From assembly GCF_013315695.1 (NCBI RefSeq), contig NZ_CP054353.1: 64,000 bases of DNA. The stretch is one strand, 5' to 3'. The position numbers and the translations under genes were made by a program. The DNA is from Escherichia coli (lineage in GTDB: Bacteria; Pseudomonadota; Gammaproteobacteria; Enterobacterales; Enterobacteriaceae). The notes under the pieces are model-generated. The model was not told the DNA's origin. It saw nothing but the letters and a program-made list of their open reading frames with translations, and did not search any database. Shown here in pieces: positions 22,929-38,056 of the stretch (its first letter is position 1; each line of letters begins with the position of its first letter).

Positions 22929-23769
22929 GTTCCAGAATGTAGTGATTGTCACTATTGTCGGTTGGCTTGTGTTGTTTGTCTTTCTGCCCAACCTGATGAT
23001 CATTGGCACCAGCTTTTTGACCCGCGACGACGCCAGTTTCGTCAAAATGGTCTTTACGCTGGATAACTACACGCGTCTGCTCGATCCGCTCTATTTTGAA
23101 GTGCTATTGCACTCGCTGAATATGGCGCTGATCGCCACCCTCGCCTGCCTGGTGCTTGGCTATCCGTTTGCCTGGTTTCTGGCGAAGCTGCCACACAAGG
23201 TGCGTCCGCTGCTGCTGTTTCTGCTGATTGTTCCGTTCTGGACCAACTCATTGATTCGTATCTACGGGCTGAAAATTTTCCTCAGCACCAAAGGCTATCT
23301 CAACGAGTTTTTGCTCTGGCTGGGCGTTATTGATACACCAATTCGCATCATGTTCACGCCCAGTGCGGTGATTATCGGTCTGGTTTACATTCTGCTACCG
23401 TTTATGGTGATGCCGCTGTACTCCAGTATCGAAAAACTGGATAAGCCGTTGCTTGAGGCGGCGCGCGATCTCGGTGCCAGCAAGTTACAGACTTTTATCC
23501 GCATCATTATTCCACTGACGATGCCGGGGATTATTGCCGGATGTCTGCTGGTGATGCTGCCAGCGATGGGCCTGTTCTATGTGTCCGACCTGATGGGCGG
23601 TGCGAAAAACCTGCTGATCGGTAACGTCATCAAAGTACAGTTCCTCAATATTCGTGACTGGCCGTTTGGTGCAGCCACCAGCATTACGCTGACTATCGTA
23701 ATGGGCCTGATGTTGCTGGTTTACTGGCGCGCTTCTCGTCTGCTGAACAAAAAGGTGGAACTCGAATGA
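22912..23769 (+). CDS. potB: Spermidine/putrescine ABC transporter permease PotB
   Basis: 285-aa track ORF; the annotated K-12 start may be an internal GTG near 22942 (275 aa). Confidence 0.92.
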
Positions 23770-24560
23770 TCGGTCGACTGCTTCGCGGCGGTTTTATGAC
23801 CGCTATCTACGCGTACCTGTATATCCCAATCATTATTTTGATTGTGAACTCCTTTAACAGCTCGCGCTTTGGCATCAACTGGCAAGGTTTTACCACCAAA
23901 TGGTATAGCCTGCTGATGAACAACGACAGCCTGTTACAGGCAGCGCAGCATTCACTAACAATGGCGGTGTTTTCGGCGACGTTTGCTACGCTTATCGGTT
24001 CACTGACGGCAGTTGCGCTGTACCGTTATCGCTTTCGTGGTAAGCCGTTCGTTAGCGGAATGCTGTTTGTGGTGATGATGTCACCAGATATCGTGATGGC
24101 GATTTCGCTGCTGGTGCTGTTTATGCTGCTGGGTATTCAGCTTGGCTTCTGGTCGCTGCTGTTCTCGCATATCACCTTCTGCCTGCCATTTGTGGTAGTG
24201 ACAGTGTATTCGCGCCTGAAAGGTTTTGACGTGCGAATGCTGGAAGCGGCGAAAGATCTCGGTGCCAGCGAATTTACCATTCTGCGAAAAATCATTCTGC
24301 CACTGGCAATGCCAGCGGTAGCGGCGGGCTGGGTGTTAAGCTTTACCCTGTCGATGGACGACGTGGTGGTTTCTTCGTTTGTCACCGGGCCGAGTTATGA
24401 AATTCTGCCGTTAAAAATTTATTCGATGGTCAAAGTCGGCGTATCGCCGGAAGTTAACGCGCTGGCAACCATATTACTGGTGCTGTCGCTGGTGATGGTA
24501 ATTGCCAGCCAGCTTATTGCTCGTGATAAAACGAAAGGTAACACAGGGGACGTTAAATGA
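23766..24560 (+). CDS. potC: Spermidine/putrescine ABC transporter permease PotC
   Basis: 264-aa ORF; start overlaps the potB stop. Confidence 0.95.
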   Translation: MIGRLLRGGFMTAIYAYLYIPIIILIVNSFNSSRFGINWQGFTTKWYSLLMNNDSLLQAAQHSLTMAVFSATFATLIGSLTAVALYRYRFRGKPFVSGMLFVVMMSPDIVMAISLLVLFMLLGIQLGFWSLLFSHITFCLPFVVVTVYSRLKGFDVRMLEAAKDLGASEFTILRKIILPLAMPAVAAGWVLSFTLSMDDVVVSSFVTGPSYEILPLKIYSMVKVGVSPEVNALATILLVLSLVMVIASQLIARDKTKGNTGDVK

Positions 24561-25603
24561 AAAAATGGTCACGCCACCTGCTCGCGGCGGGTGCTCTGGC
24601 ACTGGGCATGAGCGCCGCTCACGCCGATGACAACAACACGCTGTATTTCTACAACTGGACCGAGTACGTGCCGCCAGGACTGCTTGAACAGTTCACCAAA
24701 GAAACCGGTATTAAGGTTATCTATTCGACTTACGAGTCGAACGAAACCATGTATGCCAAGCTGAAAACGTACAAAGACGGTGCCTATGACCTGGTGGTTC
24801 CTTCAACCTATTACGTCGATAAAATGCGTAAAGAAGGGATGATCCAGAAGATCGACAAGTCGAAGTTAAGCAATTTCAGCAACCTCGATCCAGACATGCT
24901 CAACAAGCCGTTTGACCCGAATAACGACTACTCCATTCCGTATATCTGGGGTGCGACGGCGATTGGCGTTAACGGTGATGCGGTGGATCCGAAATCTGTC
25001 ACCAGCTGGGCCGATCTGTGGAAACCTGAGTACAAAGGCAGCCTGCTGCTGACCGACGATGCCCGTGAAGTGTTCCAGATGGCGCTGCGCAAACTGGGCT
25101 ACTCCGGTAACACTACCGATCCGAAAGAGATTGAAGCTGCATATAACGAGCTGAAAAAACTGATGCCAAACGTCGCAGCGTTTAACTCCGATAACCCGGC
25201 TAACCCGTACATGGAAGGCGAAGTTAACCTCGGCATGATCTGGAACGGTTCTGCTTTCGTTGCACGGCAGGCGGGTACGCCAATTGACGTGGTGTGGCCG
25301 AAAGAAGGCGGCATTTTCTGGATGGACAGCCTGGCGATCCCGGCAAATGCCAAAAACAAAGAAGGTGCGCTGAAATTGATCAACTTCCTGCTGCGCCCCG
25401 ATGTGGCAAAACAGGTTGCTGAAACTATCGGTTATCCAACGCCAAACCTTGCGGCGCGTAAGCTGTTAAGTCCTGAAGTGGCGAACGACAAAACGCTCTA
25501 CCCGGATGCTGAAACCATTAAAAATGGTGAATGGCAGAATGACGTTGGCGCAGCCAGCAGCATTTATGAAGAGTATTATCAGAAGCTGAAAGCAGGACGT
25601 TAA
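24557..25603 (+). CDS. potD: Spermidine/putrescine periplasmic binding protein PotD
   Basis: 348-aa ORF MKKWSRHLLAAGALALGMSAAHADDNNTLYFYNW... with signal peptide. Confidence 0.96.
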   Translation: MKKWSRHLLAAGALALGMSAAHADDNNTLYFYNWTEYVPPGLLEQFTKETGIKVIYSTYESNETMYAKLKTYKDGAYDLVVPSTYYVDKMRKEGMIQKIDKSKLSNFSNLDPDMLNKPFDPNNDYSIPYIWGATAIGVNGDAVDPKSVTSWADLWKPEYKGSLLLTDDAREVFQMALRKLGYSGNTTDPKEIEAAYNELKKLMPNVAAFNSDNPANPYMEGEVNLGMIWNGSAFVARQAGTPIDVVWPKEGGIFWMDSLAIPANAKNKEGALKLINFLLRPDVAKQVAETIGYPTPNLAARKLLSPEVANDKTLYPDAETIKNGEWQNDVGAASSIYEEYYQKLKAGR

Positions 25604-25612
25604 TTCAGCAAG

Positions 25613-25640
25613 CGGGCGGTGGTATTACCGCCCGTTTTTT
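25613..25640 (+). terminator. Intrinsic terminator of the potABCD operon
   Basis: CGGGCGGT-ggtatt-ACCGCCCG stem-loop followed by TTTTTT. Confidence 0.75.
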
Positions 25641-25660
25641 ATTTAGCAAGGATGTGGCTA

Positions 25661-26122
25661 ATGAGTCAGGACAGTAAAGTTTTCTTTCGTATATTCTTCG
25701 GTATCGGTCTGGTACTGATCCTCATTTCTGTTGTTATCTTTTATAACCAGTTCACCTATAGCAAAGACGCGATTCATACTGAAGGCGTCATTGTTGATAC
25801 CGTCTGGCACTCCAGTCATTCTCATCGCACGGGTAAAAATGGTTCGTGGTATCCCGTCGTTGCCTTTCGTCCGACGCCAGATTACACGCTAATTTTCAAT
25901 TCGAGTATTGGCAGCGATTTTTATGAAGACAGCGAAGGCGATAAAGTTAATGTTTATTATTCTCCAGGACATCCTGAAAAGGCTGAGATAAATAACCCGT
26001 GGGTTAATTTTTTTAAATGGGGGTTTATCGGCATTATGGGCGTTATTTTTATCGCCGTCGGTTTATTAATCAGTATGCCCTCCTCTAAAAAGACACGCAG
26101 GAAACGGAAGTCCCGCCCATGA
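25661..26122 (+). CDS. ymfA: Inner membrane protein YmfA (DUF3592)
   Basis: Track ORF 25619..26122; start set at [20 protein letters not shown] (153 aa). Confidence 0.85.
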   Translation: MSQDSKVFFRIFFGIGLVLILISVVIFYNQFTYSKDAIHTEGVIVDTVWHSSHSHRTGKNGSWYPVVAFRPTPDYTLIFNSSIGSDFYEDSEGDKVNVYYSPGHPEKAEINNPWVNFFKWGFIGIMGVIFIAVGLLISMPSSKKTRRKRKSRP

Positions 26123-26907
26123 AAAAAATCATGATACTGCTCAGTTTACTGATGTTCCTGCCTCTGACGGCAATCAGTAAGCCCTTAATTCCAATAATGA
26201 AGACACTTTTTACGGATGTTACCGGTACCGTACCAGATGCTGAAGAGATCGCGCATAAAGCCGAACTTTTTCGCCAACAAACCGGAGTTGTACCGTTTAT
26301 TGTGGTTTTACCCGACATTAATAATGAAGCCAGTCTCAGGCAAAATGGCAAAGCGATGCTGGCGCATGCGGCATCTTCAATGAGTAATGTAAAAGGAAGT
26401 GTTCTGTTACTCTTTACTACCCGCGAGCCACGGTTAATTATGATAACCAACGGCCAGGTCGAAAGCAGTATGGACGATAAACATCTCGGCCTTCTGGTAG
26501 AAAATCACACTCTGGCTTATTTACATGTAGATCTCTGGTATCAGGGAATCAATAATGCATTGGCTGTTTTACAAGCACAGATATTAAAACAACCGACGCC
26601 ACCACTGACATATTATCCGCATCCCGGACAACAGCAGGAGAATGATCCTCCCGGCAGTACCACGACATTAGGCCTTTTTGCCTGGGCGGTTGCATTCATC
26701 GTCTTTACGGCATTTTTTAACTACACGACGCGCCTTAATTATGCATTAAAGTTTGCAGTGGCGATGACTGTTGCCAATATGGGCTATCAGGCTTTATGCC
26801 TGTATATCGATAATAGCTTTGCAATTACCAGAATATCGCCGCTCTGGGCAGGGCTGATTGGTGTCTGTACGTTTATTGCCGCGTTGTTATTGACGAGTAA
26901 ACGGTAA
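26119..26907 (+). CDS. ycfZ: Inner membrane protein YcfZ
   Basis: 262-aa [31 protein letters not shown]... Confidence 0.85.
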   Translation: MKKIMILLSLLMFLPLTAISKPLIPIMKTLFTDVTGTVPDAEEIAHKAELFRQQTGVVPFIVVLPDINNEASLRQNGKAMLAHAASSMSNVKGSVLLLFTTREPRLIMITNGQVESSMDDKHLGLLVENHTLAYLHVDLWYQGINNALAVLQAQILKQPTPPLTYYPHPGQQQENDPPGSTTTLGLFAWAVAFIVFTAFFNYTTRLNYALKFAVAMTVANMGYQALCLYIDNSFAITRISPLWAGLIGVCTFIAALLLTSKR

Positions 26908-26934
26908 AAGAGGCAGTAAAGTGTGCGTCTATTA

Positions 26935-27034
26935 TGCCGGATGCGGCGCGAACGCCTTATCTGGCCCACAAAACCCGCAAATTCAATTAATTGCGTCCCC
27001 TTGTAGGCCTGATAAGCGTAGCGCATCAGGCAAT
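26935..27034. repeat. REP element cluster
   Basis: GCCGGATGCGGCGCGAACGCCTTATC and TGTAGGCCTGATAAGCGTAGCGCATCAGGC motifs between ycfZ and cobB. Confidence 0.8.
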
Positions 27035-27044
27035 GCTTCCCGCT

Positions 27045-27866
27045 TTATAAGCCCTTCAGCAACTTTTCAACAAATTCTGGCACCACCTGGCTTGCCGGGC
27101 CGTAATATTTCTCGGCGAATTCATTACCGACCTGACTTGGTTCAAGATTCAGTTCCACGGTGTGCGCGCCATGCAGTTTCGCTTCGTGAACAAACCCAGC
27201 CGCTGGATAAACATGCCCCGAAGTACCAATGGCAATGAAAATATCGGCCATCGACAACGCCATATAAATTTCATCCATGCCGAGTGGCATTTCGCCAAAC
27301 CACACTACGTGCGGTCGCAAGGGTGCCGGGAACTGGCAGCAATGGCATTTATCTTCTGGGGTAACGTCTCCGGTCCAGTCGAGAACCTGACCACTTTGTG
27401 AACAACGAACTTTCAGCAGTTCCCCATGCATATGAATAACATTGGTGTTACCGGCACGCTCATGAAGGTTGTCGATATTCTGCGTCACCAGCAAAAAGCG
27501 ATCGCCGAGGGCGTCTTGCAGTTTAGCCAGCGCAAGATGCGCGGCGTTAGGCTGAATTTCTGGCTGCTGCAGCTGTCGGCGACGGGCGTTATAAAACGCT
27601 TGTACCAGTTCAGGATCGCGATCGAAACCTTCCGGCGTTGCCACATCTTCAACCCGATGTTCTTCCCACAGGCCATCTGCGGCGCGAAAGGTACGAATAC
27701 CTGATTCCGCAGAAATCCCTGCCCCTGTCAGTACGAGTACTCTTGGTTTTTCCATTGCTTCCGGCACCACTTTATCTCTGAAAAAAATACGCTGACGCAA
27801 ACGCTCGCGCAGACGGCGTTTATTTTTACGAAAACGACTTAACCGATGACCCCGACGCGACAGCAT
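27045..27866 (-). CDS. cobB: NAD-dependent protein deacylase CobB (sirtuin), long isoform with arginine-rich N-terminus
   Basis: 273-aa [59 protein letters not shown]... Confidence 0.93.
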   Translation of the reverse strand: MLSRRGHRLSRFRKNKRRLRERLRQRIFFRDKVVPEAMEKPRVLVLTGAGISAESGIRTFRAADGLWEEHRVEDVATPEGFDRDPELVQAFYNARRRQLQQPEIQPNAAHLALAKLQDALGDRFLLVTQNIDNLHERAGNTNVIHMHGELLKVRCSQSGQVLDWTGDVTPEDKCHCCQFPAPLRPHVVWFGEMPLGMDEIYMALSMADIFIAIGTSGHVYPAAGFVHEAKLHGAHTVELNLEPSQVGNEFAEKYYGPASQVVPEFVEKLLKGL

Positions 27867-27881
27867 AGCAACCTCTGTTGA

Positions 27882-28793
27882 TTAATCGGTTAGATGTAGG
27901 AAGGCCGCACCACGCATTCCCCCCGCATCACCGTGGCGCGCGCGTTCAATGCGCGGAACACGAGCTACAGGTAAGAGATGACGAGGCAGCCTGTCCGCCA
28001 GTTGCGTTGTGATTGCCGGGAAATTCGATAAGCCACCACCAATGACAACCAGGTCAGGGTCAACAATGGTCAGGATATTTCCCAGACAAACCGCTAATAA
28101 ATCCAGATAACGCTCAACGTGCGCCCTTGCCTGCTCATCTCCTTGATCATAAAGCGCAATGATCTCAGGAGCCTGCAACGGTTGATGATAATAGTGTTGA
28201 TACAGCCACGCAAAACCGCGACCAGACAGATAATTTTCAATGCAGCCATGCTGACCACAGCCGCAGCGGCGTAACGGGAAATCCAACCCCATCATGGTTA
28301 ACGCATCAACCGGCAGACGCATATGGCCAAACTCGCCGGTAATGTAGCTTTTACCGGTAATTGGTTTACCGTTGAAAATCAGCCCACCGCCAACGCCGGT
28401 GCCGAGAATCAACCCCATCACCAGTGGATATTGAGTAAATTCATCATCCCAGGCTTCTGAAAGGGCAAAACAGTTGGCATCGTTATCAAGGCGTACATCG
28501 CGATCAAGACGTGCGCTCAGGTCGGCACGCAGCGGTTTACCGCTGGCAGCGGGGACATTGGCGGCATACAGCGTACCATCTTCTGTTTCCGGCATTCCCG
28601 GAATACCGATGCCGACAGAGCCTTTACAGCCAAAACGTTGGTCAGCTTCAGCTACCAGCTCAGACACTGCATCTAAAAATGCGTCATAGCTGTCACGCGG
28701 TGTCGGCACCCGCTTTTCCCACTGCAACTGCCGACCGCTATCAAACACGCCTAGCGCAATTTTTGTTCCACCAATATCAAACCCGTAATACAT
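27882..28793 (-). CDS. nagK: N-acetyl-D-glucosamine kinase NagK
   Basis: Track ORF 27882..28853; start set at [18 protein letters not shown] (303 aa). Confidence 0.93.
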   Translation of the reverse strand: MYYGFDIGGTKIALGVFDSGRQLQWEKRVPTPRDSYDAFLDAVSELVAEADQRFGCKGSVGIGIPGMPETEDGTLYAANVPAASGKPLRADLSARLDRDVRLDNDANCFALSEAWDDEFTQYPLVMGLILGTGVGGGLIFNGKPITGKSYITGEFGHMRLPVDALTMMGLDFPLRRCGCGQHGCIENYLSGRGFAWLYQHYYHQPLQAPEIIALYDQGDEQARAHVERYLDLLAVCLGNILTIVDPDLVVIGGGLSNFPAITTQLADRLPRHLLPVARVPRIERARHGDAGGMRGAAFLHLTD

Positions 28794-28821
28794 TGCCGCT
28801 CCTTGTTTTAATGTACTGCCT

Positions 28822-32070
<3,249 letters not shown>

Positions 32071-32219
32071 TCAATCGACTAAAGGGCCTCATTATCTCAT
32101 TGGCCTTGTGGCCTGATCTTTATCTGAAAAATAACCAAATACAGACAGATACGCATTACACCACGCGACTGGCCCCTCAGGATCAACAGCATGTTAAATA
32201 AAAAGAGCGTGTTGTCCTG

Positions 32220-33293
32220 ATGAAACAAAAAGAGCTATGGATTAACCAGATCAAAGGGTTATGTATTTGTCTGGTGGTGATTTATCACTCGGTCATTACC
32301 TTTTATCCGCATCTCACCACTTTTCAGCATCCGTTATCGGAAGTCCTGAGCAAATGCTGGATCTATTTCAATCTTTACCTTGCCCCCTTTCGTATGCCGG
32401 TTTTTTTCTTTATTTCCGGCTATTTGATTCGCCGCTATATCGACAGCGTACCGTGGGGAAATTGTCTCGATAAACGCATCTGGAACATCTTCTGGGTGCT
32501 GGCGCTTTGGGGCATGGTGCAGTGGCTGGCGTTAAGTGCGCTGAACCAGTGGCTGGCACCTGAGCGCGATTTAAGCAATGCCTCCAATGCCGCGTATGCC
32601 GATTCCACCGGTGAGTTCCTGCACGGGATGATCACCGCCAGCACCAGCTTGTGGTATCTGTATGCGTTAATTGTCTATTTCGTGGTATGTAAAATTTTTA
32701 GCCGTCTGGCGCTGCCACTATTCGCCTTGTTTGTACTGCTGAGTGTGGCAGTTAATTTCGTTCCCACGCCGTGGTGGGGAATGAACAGTGTGATCCGCAA
32801 TTTGCCTTATTACAGCCTTGGCGCATGGTTTGGCGCAACAATAATGACCTGTGTTAAAGAGGTGCCGTTGCGCCGCCATCTGCTGATGGCTTCTTTGCTT
32901 ACCGTTCTGGCGGTCGGTGCCTGGTTGTTTACTATCTCGCTGCTGTTGTCGCTGGTATCGATTGTGGTGATCATGAAGCTGTTTTATCAATACGAGCAAC
33001 GATTCGGTATGCGCTCCACCAGCCTGCTGAATGTGATTGGTTCCAACACCATTGCTATCTACACCACCCATCGCATTCTGGTTGAAATATTCAGCTTAAC
33101 TCTGCTTGCGCAAATGAACGCAGCACGCTGGTCGCCGCAAGTCGAACTGACACTCCTGCTGGTTTACCCCTTTGTTAGTTTGTTCATCTGTACTGTTGCG
33201 GGCTTGCTGGTAAGAAAACTTTCACAGCGCGCATTCAGCGATCTGTTGTTCTCCCCGCCTTCTCTGCCCGCGGCCGTCAGTTACTCCCGCTAA
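32220..33293 (+). CDS. ycfT: Inner membrane acyltransferase-family protein YcfT
   Basis: 357-aa polytopic membrane ORF MKQKELWINQIKGLCICLVVIYHSVITFYP... Confidence 0.85.
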   Translation: MKQKELWINQIKGLCICLVVIYHSVITFYPHLTTFQHPLSEVLSKCWIYFNLYLAPFRMPVFFFISGYLIRRYIDSVPWGNCLDKRIWNIFWVLALWGMVQWLALSALNQWLAPERDLSNASNAAYADSTGEFLHGMITASTSLWYLYALIVYFVVCKIFSRLALPLFALFVLLSVAVNFVPTPWWGMNSVIRNLPYYSLGAWFGATIMTCVKEVPLRRHLLMASLLTVLAVGAWLFTISLLLSLVSIVVIMKLFYQYEQRFGMRSTSLLNVIGSNTIAIYTTHRILVEIFSLTLLAQMNAARWSPQVELTLLLVYPFVSLFICTVAGLLVRKLSQRAFSDLLFSPPSLPAAVSYSR

Positions 33294-33420
33294 GCCATCG
33301 CCCCAGCCGGGGCGATTCAATTTGCTAAACCATGTCGATTACGGATAATGAACAGCATTGCTTATCAGAGATATGCCCCCATATGTTGAGGCATATCCTA
33401 ACGAGAATCTGACAACCGTT

Positions 33421-36400
33421 ATGCCTGAACAATATCGTTATACGCTGCCCGTCAAAGCGGGTGAGCAGCGTCTGCTGGGCGAGTTAACCGGCGCTGCCTG
33501 CGCGACGCTGGTGGCGGAAATTGCCGAACGTCACGCCGGTCCGGTGGTACTCATTGCACCAGATATGCAAAATGCTCTGCGTTTGCATGATGAAATCAGC
33601 CAGTTCACCGATCAGATGGTGATGAATCTGGCGGACTGGGAAACCCTCCCTTACGACAGTTTTTCGCCTCATCAGGACATTATCTCCTCGCGCCTTTCCA
33701 CCCTTTACCAGCTACCGACGATGCAGCGTGGCGTACTGATTGTTCCGGTGAATACGCTTATGCAGCGCGTTTGCCCACACAGTTTTCTCCACGGTCATGC
33801 GCTGGTGATGAAAAAAGGTCAGCGCCTGTCACGAGATGCATTACGAACCCAACTGGACAGCGCCGGTTATCGCCATGTTGACCAGGTGATGGAGCACGGC
33901 GAATACGCCACGCGCGGCGCGTTGCTGGATCTCTTCCCGATGGGGAGTGAGCTGCCTTATCGTCTTGATTTTTTTGATGATGAAATCGACAGCCTGCGGG
34001 TGTTTGACGTCGACAGCCAGCGCACGCTGGAGGAAGTAGAAGCGATCAATCTGCTGCCCGCGCACGAATTTCCGACCGATAAAGCGGCAATTGAACTGTT
34101 CCGCAGCCAGTGGCGCGATACCTTCGAAGTGAAGCGCGATCCGGAACATATTTACCAGCAAGTGAGTAAAGGCACATTACCTGCCGGGATCGAGTACTGG
34201 CAGCCGCTATTCTTCAGCGAACCGCTGCCGCCACTGTTCAGTTATTTCCCTGCCAATACGCTGTTGGTGAATACTGGCGATCTGGAAAACAGTGCCGAAC
34301 GTTTCCAGGCTGACACGCTGGCGCGTTTTGAAAATCGCGGCGTCGATCCGATGCGCCCACTGTTGCCACCACAATCGCTCTGGCTGCGGGTAGACGAGCT
34401 CTTTTCAGAGCTGAAAAACTGGCCGCGTGTGCAGCTAAAAACTGAACATTTACCGACAAAAGCCGCGAATGCCAATTTAGGTTTCCAGAAACTGCCAGAC
34501 CTGGCCGTTCAGGCACAACAAAAAGCACCGCTGGATGCGCTGCGTAAGTTCCTCGAGTCTTTCGACGGTCCGGTGGTGTTCTCGGTAGAAAGTGAAGGTC
34601 GCCGTGAAGCGCTGGGTGAACTGCTCGCGCGAATTAAAATTGCTCCGCAACGCATTATGCGTCTTGATGAAGCCAGCGACCGTGGGCGTTATTTGATGAT
34701 TGGCGCTGCCGAACATGGTTTTGTCGATACGGTACGTAATCTGGCGCTGATTTGCGAAAGCGATCTGCTCGGTGAACGCGTTGCCCGTCGTCGTCAGGAT
34801 TCTCGCCGCGCCATCAACCCCGATACACTGATCCGTAACCTTGCGGAGCTGCATATTGGTCAGCCGGTGGTCCATCTGGAGCACGGTGTCGGTCGTTATG
34901 CAGGAATGACCACGCTCGAAGCTGGCGGCATTACTGGCGAGTACCTGATGCTCACCTATGCCAACGACGCCAAACTGTATGTTCCGGTGTCATCACTGCA
35001 TCTGATTAGCCGTTACGCAGGTGGCGCGGAAGAAAACGCCCCGCTGCATAAACTTGGCGGCGATGCGTGGTCACGCGCGCGGCAGAAAGCGGCGGAAAAA
35101 GTGCGTGATGTGGCAGCAGAATTGCTGGATATCTACGCGCAACGCGCCGCCAAAGAGGGCTTCGCGTTTAAACACGATCGTGAGCAGTATCAGTTGTTCT
35201 GCGACAGCTTCCCGTTTGAAACCACGCCGGATCAAGCACAGGCCATTAATGCGGTGCTTAGCGACATGTGTCAGCCGCTGGCAATGGATCGTCTGGTGTG
35301 CGGCGATGTTGGCTTTGGTAAAACAGAAGTGGCGATGCGCGCCGCTTTCCTGGCGGTAGATAACCACAAACAGGTGGCGGTGCTGGTGCCTACCACCCTT
35401 CTCGCGCAGCAGCATTACGACAACTTCCGCGACCGTTTCGCCAACTGGCCGGTACGTATCGAAATGATCTCCCGTTTCCGCAGCGCCAAAGAGCAGACGC
35501 AAATCCTTGCGGAAGTGGCGGAAGGGAAAATCGATATTCTGATCGGTACGCACAAACTGCTGCAAAGTGACGTCAAGTTTAAAGATTTAGGCCTGCTGAT
35601 TGTCGATGAAGAACACCGCTTCGGGGTGCGTCATAAAGAGCGCATTAAAGCGATGCGCGCGAACGTGGATATTCTGACGCTTACTGCAACGCCGATCCCA
35701 CGTACGCTGAATATGGCAATGAGCGGAATGCGTGACCTGTCGATTATCGCCACGCCGCCCGCCCGTCGTCTGGCAGTTAAAACCTTTGTCCGTGAGTATG
35801 ACAGCCTGGTGGTCCGGGAGGCGATCCTGCGTGAAATTTTGCGCGGAGGACAGGTTTATTATCTCTACAATGATGTGGAAAACATTCAGAAAGCCGCCGA
35901 ACGGCTGGCAGAACTGGTGCCAGAAGCGCGGATCGCCATCGGTCACGGACAGATGCGTGAGCGCGAACTGGAACGGGTGATGAATGATTTCCATCATCAA
36001 CGTTTCAACGTGCTGGTTTGTACCACCATTATCGAAACCGGGATCGACATCCCGACAGCCAACACCATTATCATTGAACGCGCGGATCACTTCGGTCTGG
36101 CGCAGCTGCACCAGTTACGCGGTCGCGTCGGACGTTCGCATCATCAGGCATATGCATGGTTGCTGACACCGCATCCAAAAGCGATGACTACCGATGCACA
36201 AAAACGTCTTGAAGCGATTGCCTCGCTGGAAGATCTCGGGGCAGGTTTTGCGCTGGCAACGCACGATCTGGAGATTCGCGGCGCGGGTGAACTGCTTGGC
36301 GAAGAACAAAGCGGCTCAATGGAAACCATCGGTTTCTCGCTGTATATGGAGTTGCTGGAAAACGCCGTCGATGCACTGAAAGCCGGACGCGAGCCGTCGC

Positions 36401-36867
36401 TGGAAGATCTCACCAGCCAGCAAACAGAAGTCGAGCTGCGGATGCCGTCGCTATTGCCAGATGATTTCATCCCTGACGTGAACACGCGTCTGTCGTTCTA
36501 CAAACGTATTGCCAGCGCCAAAACGGAAAACGAACTGGAAGAGATCAAAGTCGAGCTTATCGATCGCTTCGGCCTGCTGCCGGATCCGGCGCGTACCCTG
36601 CTGGATATTGCCCGTCTGCGCCAGCAAGCGCAGAAACTGGGGATCAGGAAGCTGGAAGGTAATGAGAAAGGCGGCGTGATCGAATTTGCCGAGAAGAATC
36701 ACGTTAATCCGGCCTGGTTGATTGGTTTGCTGCAAAAACAGCCGCAGCATTACCGCCTTGATGGTCCGACGCGCCTGAAGTTTATTCAGGATTTGAGTGA
36801 GCGGAAAACGCGTATCGAATGGGTACGCCAGTTTATGCGTGAACTGGAAGAGAACGCGATCGCTTGA
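33421..36867 (+). CDS. mfd: Transcription-repair coupling factor Mfd
   Basis: Track ORF 33358..36867; start set at MPEQYRYTLPVKAGEQRLLG (1148 aa). Confidence 0.97.
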   Translation: MPEQYRYTLPVKAGEQRLLGELTGAACATLVAEIAERHAGPVVLIAPDMQNALRLHDEISQFTDQMVMNLADWETLPYDSFSPHQDIISSRLSTLYQLPTMQRGVLIVPVNTLMQRVCPHSFLHGHALVMKKGQRLSRDALRTQLDSAGYRHVDQVMEHGEYATRGALLDLFPMGSELPYRLDFFDDEIDSLRVFDVDSQRTLEEVEAINLLPAHEFPTDKAAIELFRSQWRDTFEVKRDPEHIYQQVSKGTLPAGIEYWQPLFFSEPLPPLFSYFPANTLLVNTGDLENSAERFQADTLARFENRGVDPMRPLLPPQSLWLRVDELFSELKNWPRVQLKTEHLPTKAANANLGFQKLPDLAVQAQQKAPLDALRKFLESFDGPVVFSVESEGRREALGELLARIKIAPQRIMRLDEASDRGRYLMIGAAEHGFVDTVRNLALICESDLLGERVARRRQDSRRAINPDTLIRNLAELHIGQPVVHLEHGVGRYAGMTTLEAGGITGEYLMLTYANDAKLYVPVSSLHLISRYAGGAEENAPLHKLGGDAWSRARQKAAEKVRDVAAELLDIYAQRAAKEGFAFKHDREQYQLFCDSFPFETTPDQAQAINAVLSDMCQPLAMDRLVCGDVGFGKTEVAMRAAFLAVDNHKQVAVLVPTTLLAQQHYDNFRDRFANWPVRIEMISRFRSAKEQTQILAEVAEGKIDILIGTHKLLQSDVKFKDLGLLIVDEEHRFGVRHKERIKAMRANVDILTLTATPIPRTLNMAMSGMRDLSIIATPPARRLAVKTFVREYDSLVVREAILREILRGGQVYYLYNDVENIQKAAERLAELVPEARIAIGHGQMRERELERVMNDFHHQRFNVLVCTTIIETGIDIPTANTIIIERADHFGLAQLHQLRGRVGRSHHQAYAWLLTPHPKAMTTDAQKRLEAIASLEDLGAGFALATHDLEIRGAGELLGEEQSGSMETIGFSLYMELLENAVDALKAGREPSLEDLTSQQTEVELRMPSLLPDDFIPDVNTRLSFYKRIASAKTENELEEIKVELIDRFGLLPDPARTLLDIARLRQQAQKLGIRKLEGNEKGGVIEFAEKNHVNPAWLIGLLQKQPQHYRLDGPTRLKFIQDLSERKTRIEWVRQFMRELEENAIA

Positions 36868-37011
36868 TGGTTAGATTAGGGGCGTTTCTGCGCCCCCATC
36901 TGCAACATTTACAAATTCTTTGCACTTCCCTGCACTATCCGACACTGTCACCATCCATAATTCAGGCTTATCTGTTTATTACAATAACCTTATATTTATT
37001 ATGGATTTTTG

Positions 37012-37974
37012 GTGATGATCAAAACGCATTTTTCTCGCTGGCTAACGTTTTTTACGTTCGCCGCTGCCGTGGCGCTGGCGCTACCGGCAAAAGCCAACAC
37101 CTGGCCGCTGCCGCCAGCGGGCAGTCGTCTGGTTGGTGAAAACAAATTTCATGTTGTGGAAAATGACGGTGGTTCTCTGGAAGCCATCGCCAAAAAATAT
37201 AACGTCGGCTTTCTCGCGCTGTTACAGGCTAACCCCGGCGTTGATCCTTACGTACCGCGCGCGGGTAGCGTGTTAACGATCCCGTTGCAAACCCTACTTC
37301 CAGACGCGCCGCGTGAAGGCATTGTGATCAACATTGCGGAGCTGCGTCTCTATTACTACCCGCCGGGTAAAAATTCGGTAACCGTGTATCCCATCGGCAT
37401 TGGTCAGTTAGGTGGTGACACGCTGACGCCAACGATGGTGACTACCGTTTCAGACAAACGTGCAAACCCAACCTGGACGCCAACGGCAAACATCCGCGCC
37501 CGTTATAAAGCACAGGGAATTGAGTTGCCTGCGGTAGTGCCGGCTGGACCGGATAACCCAATGGGCCATCATGCGATTCGTCTGGCGGCCTATGGCGGCG
37601 TTTATTTGCTTCATGGTACGAACGCCGATTTCGGCATTGGCATGCGGGTAAGTTCTGGCTGTATTCGTCTGCGGGATGACGATATCAAAACACTCTTTAG
37701 CCAGGTCACCCCAGGCACCAAAGTGAATATCATCAACACTCCGATAAAAGTCTCTGCCGAACCAAACGGTGCGCGTCTGGTTGAAGTACATCAGCCGCTG
37801 TCTGAGAAGATTGATGACGATCCGCAACTGCTGCCAATTACGCTGAATAGCGCAATGCAATCATTTAAAGATGCAGCACAAACTGACGCTGAAGTGATGC
37901 AACATGTGATGGATGTCCGTTCCGGGATGCCGGTGGATGTCCGCCGTCATCAAGTGAGCCCACAAACTCTGTAA
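37012..37974 (+). CDS. ldtC: L,D-transpeptidase LdtC/YcfS (anchors Braun lipoprotein to peptidoglycan)
   Basis: Track ORF 37009..37974 (TTG); signal peptide, LysM-like region and catalytic HG...SSGCIRL motif. Confidence 0.92.
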   Translation: MMIKTHFSRWLTFFTFAAAVALALPAKANTWPLPPAGSRLVGENKFHVVENDGGSLEAIAKKYNVGFLALLQANPGVDPYVPRAGSVLTIPLQTLLPDAPREGIVINIAELRLYYYPPGKNSVTVYPIGIGQLGGDTLTPTMVTTVSDKRANPTWTPTANIRARYKAQGIELPAVVPAGPDNPMGHHAIRLAAYGGVYLLHGTNADFGIGMRVSSGCIRLRDDDIKTLFSQVTPGTKVNIINTPIKVSAEPNGARLVEVHQPLSEKIDDDPQLLPITLNSAMQSFKDAAQTDAEVMQHVMDVRSGMPVDVRRHQVSPQTL

Positions 37975-37991
37975 AGCACGGATAAAAAAAT

Positions 37992-38016
37992 CCCCGCGAC
38001 ACGGCATGTCGCGGGG
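37992..38016. terminator. Intrinsic terminator hairpin between convergent ldtC and bhsA
   Basis: CCCCGCGAC-acggcat-GTCGCGGGG flanked by A7 runs on both sides. Confidence 0.75.
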
Positions 38017-38056
38017 AAAAAAATCAGCAGTAGCAGGCATTAATGAGGGTTAATGC

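Noticed and set aside
35071-36111. Two minus-strand ORFs of 164 and 174 aa
   Set aside because: Antisense within mfd; no independent support
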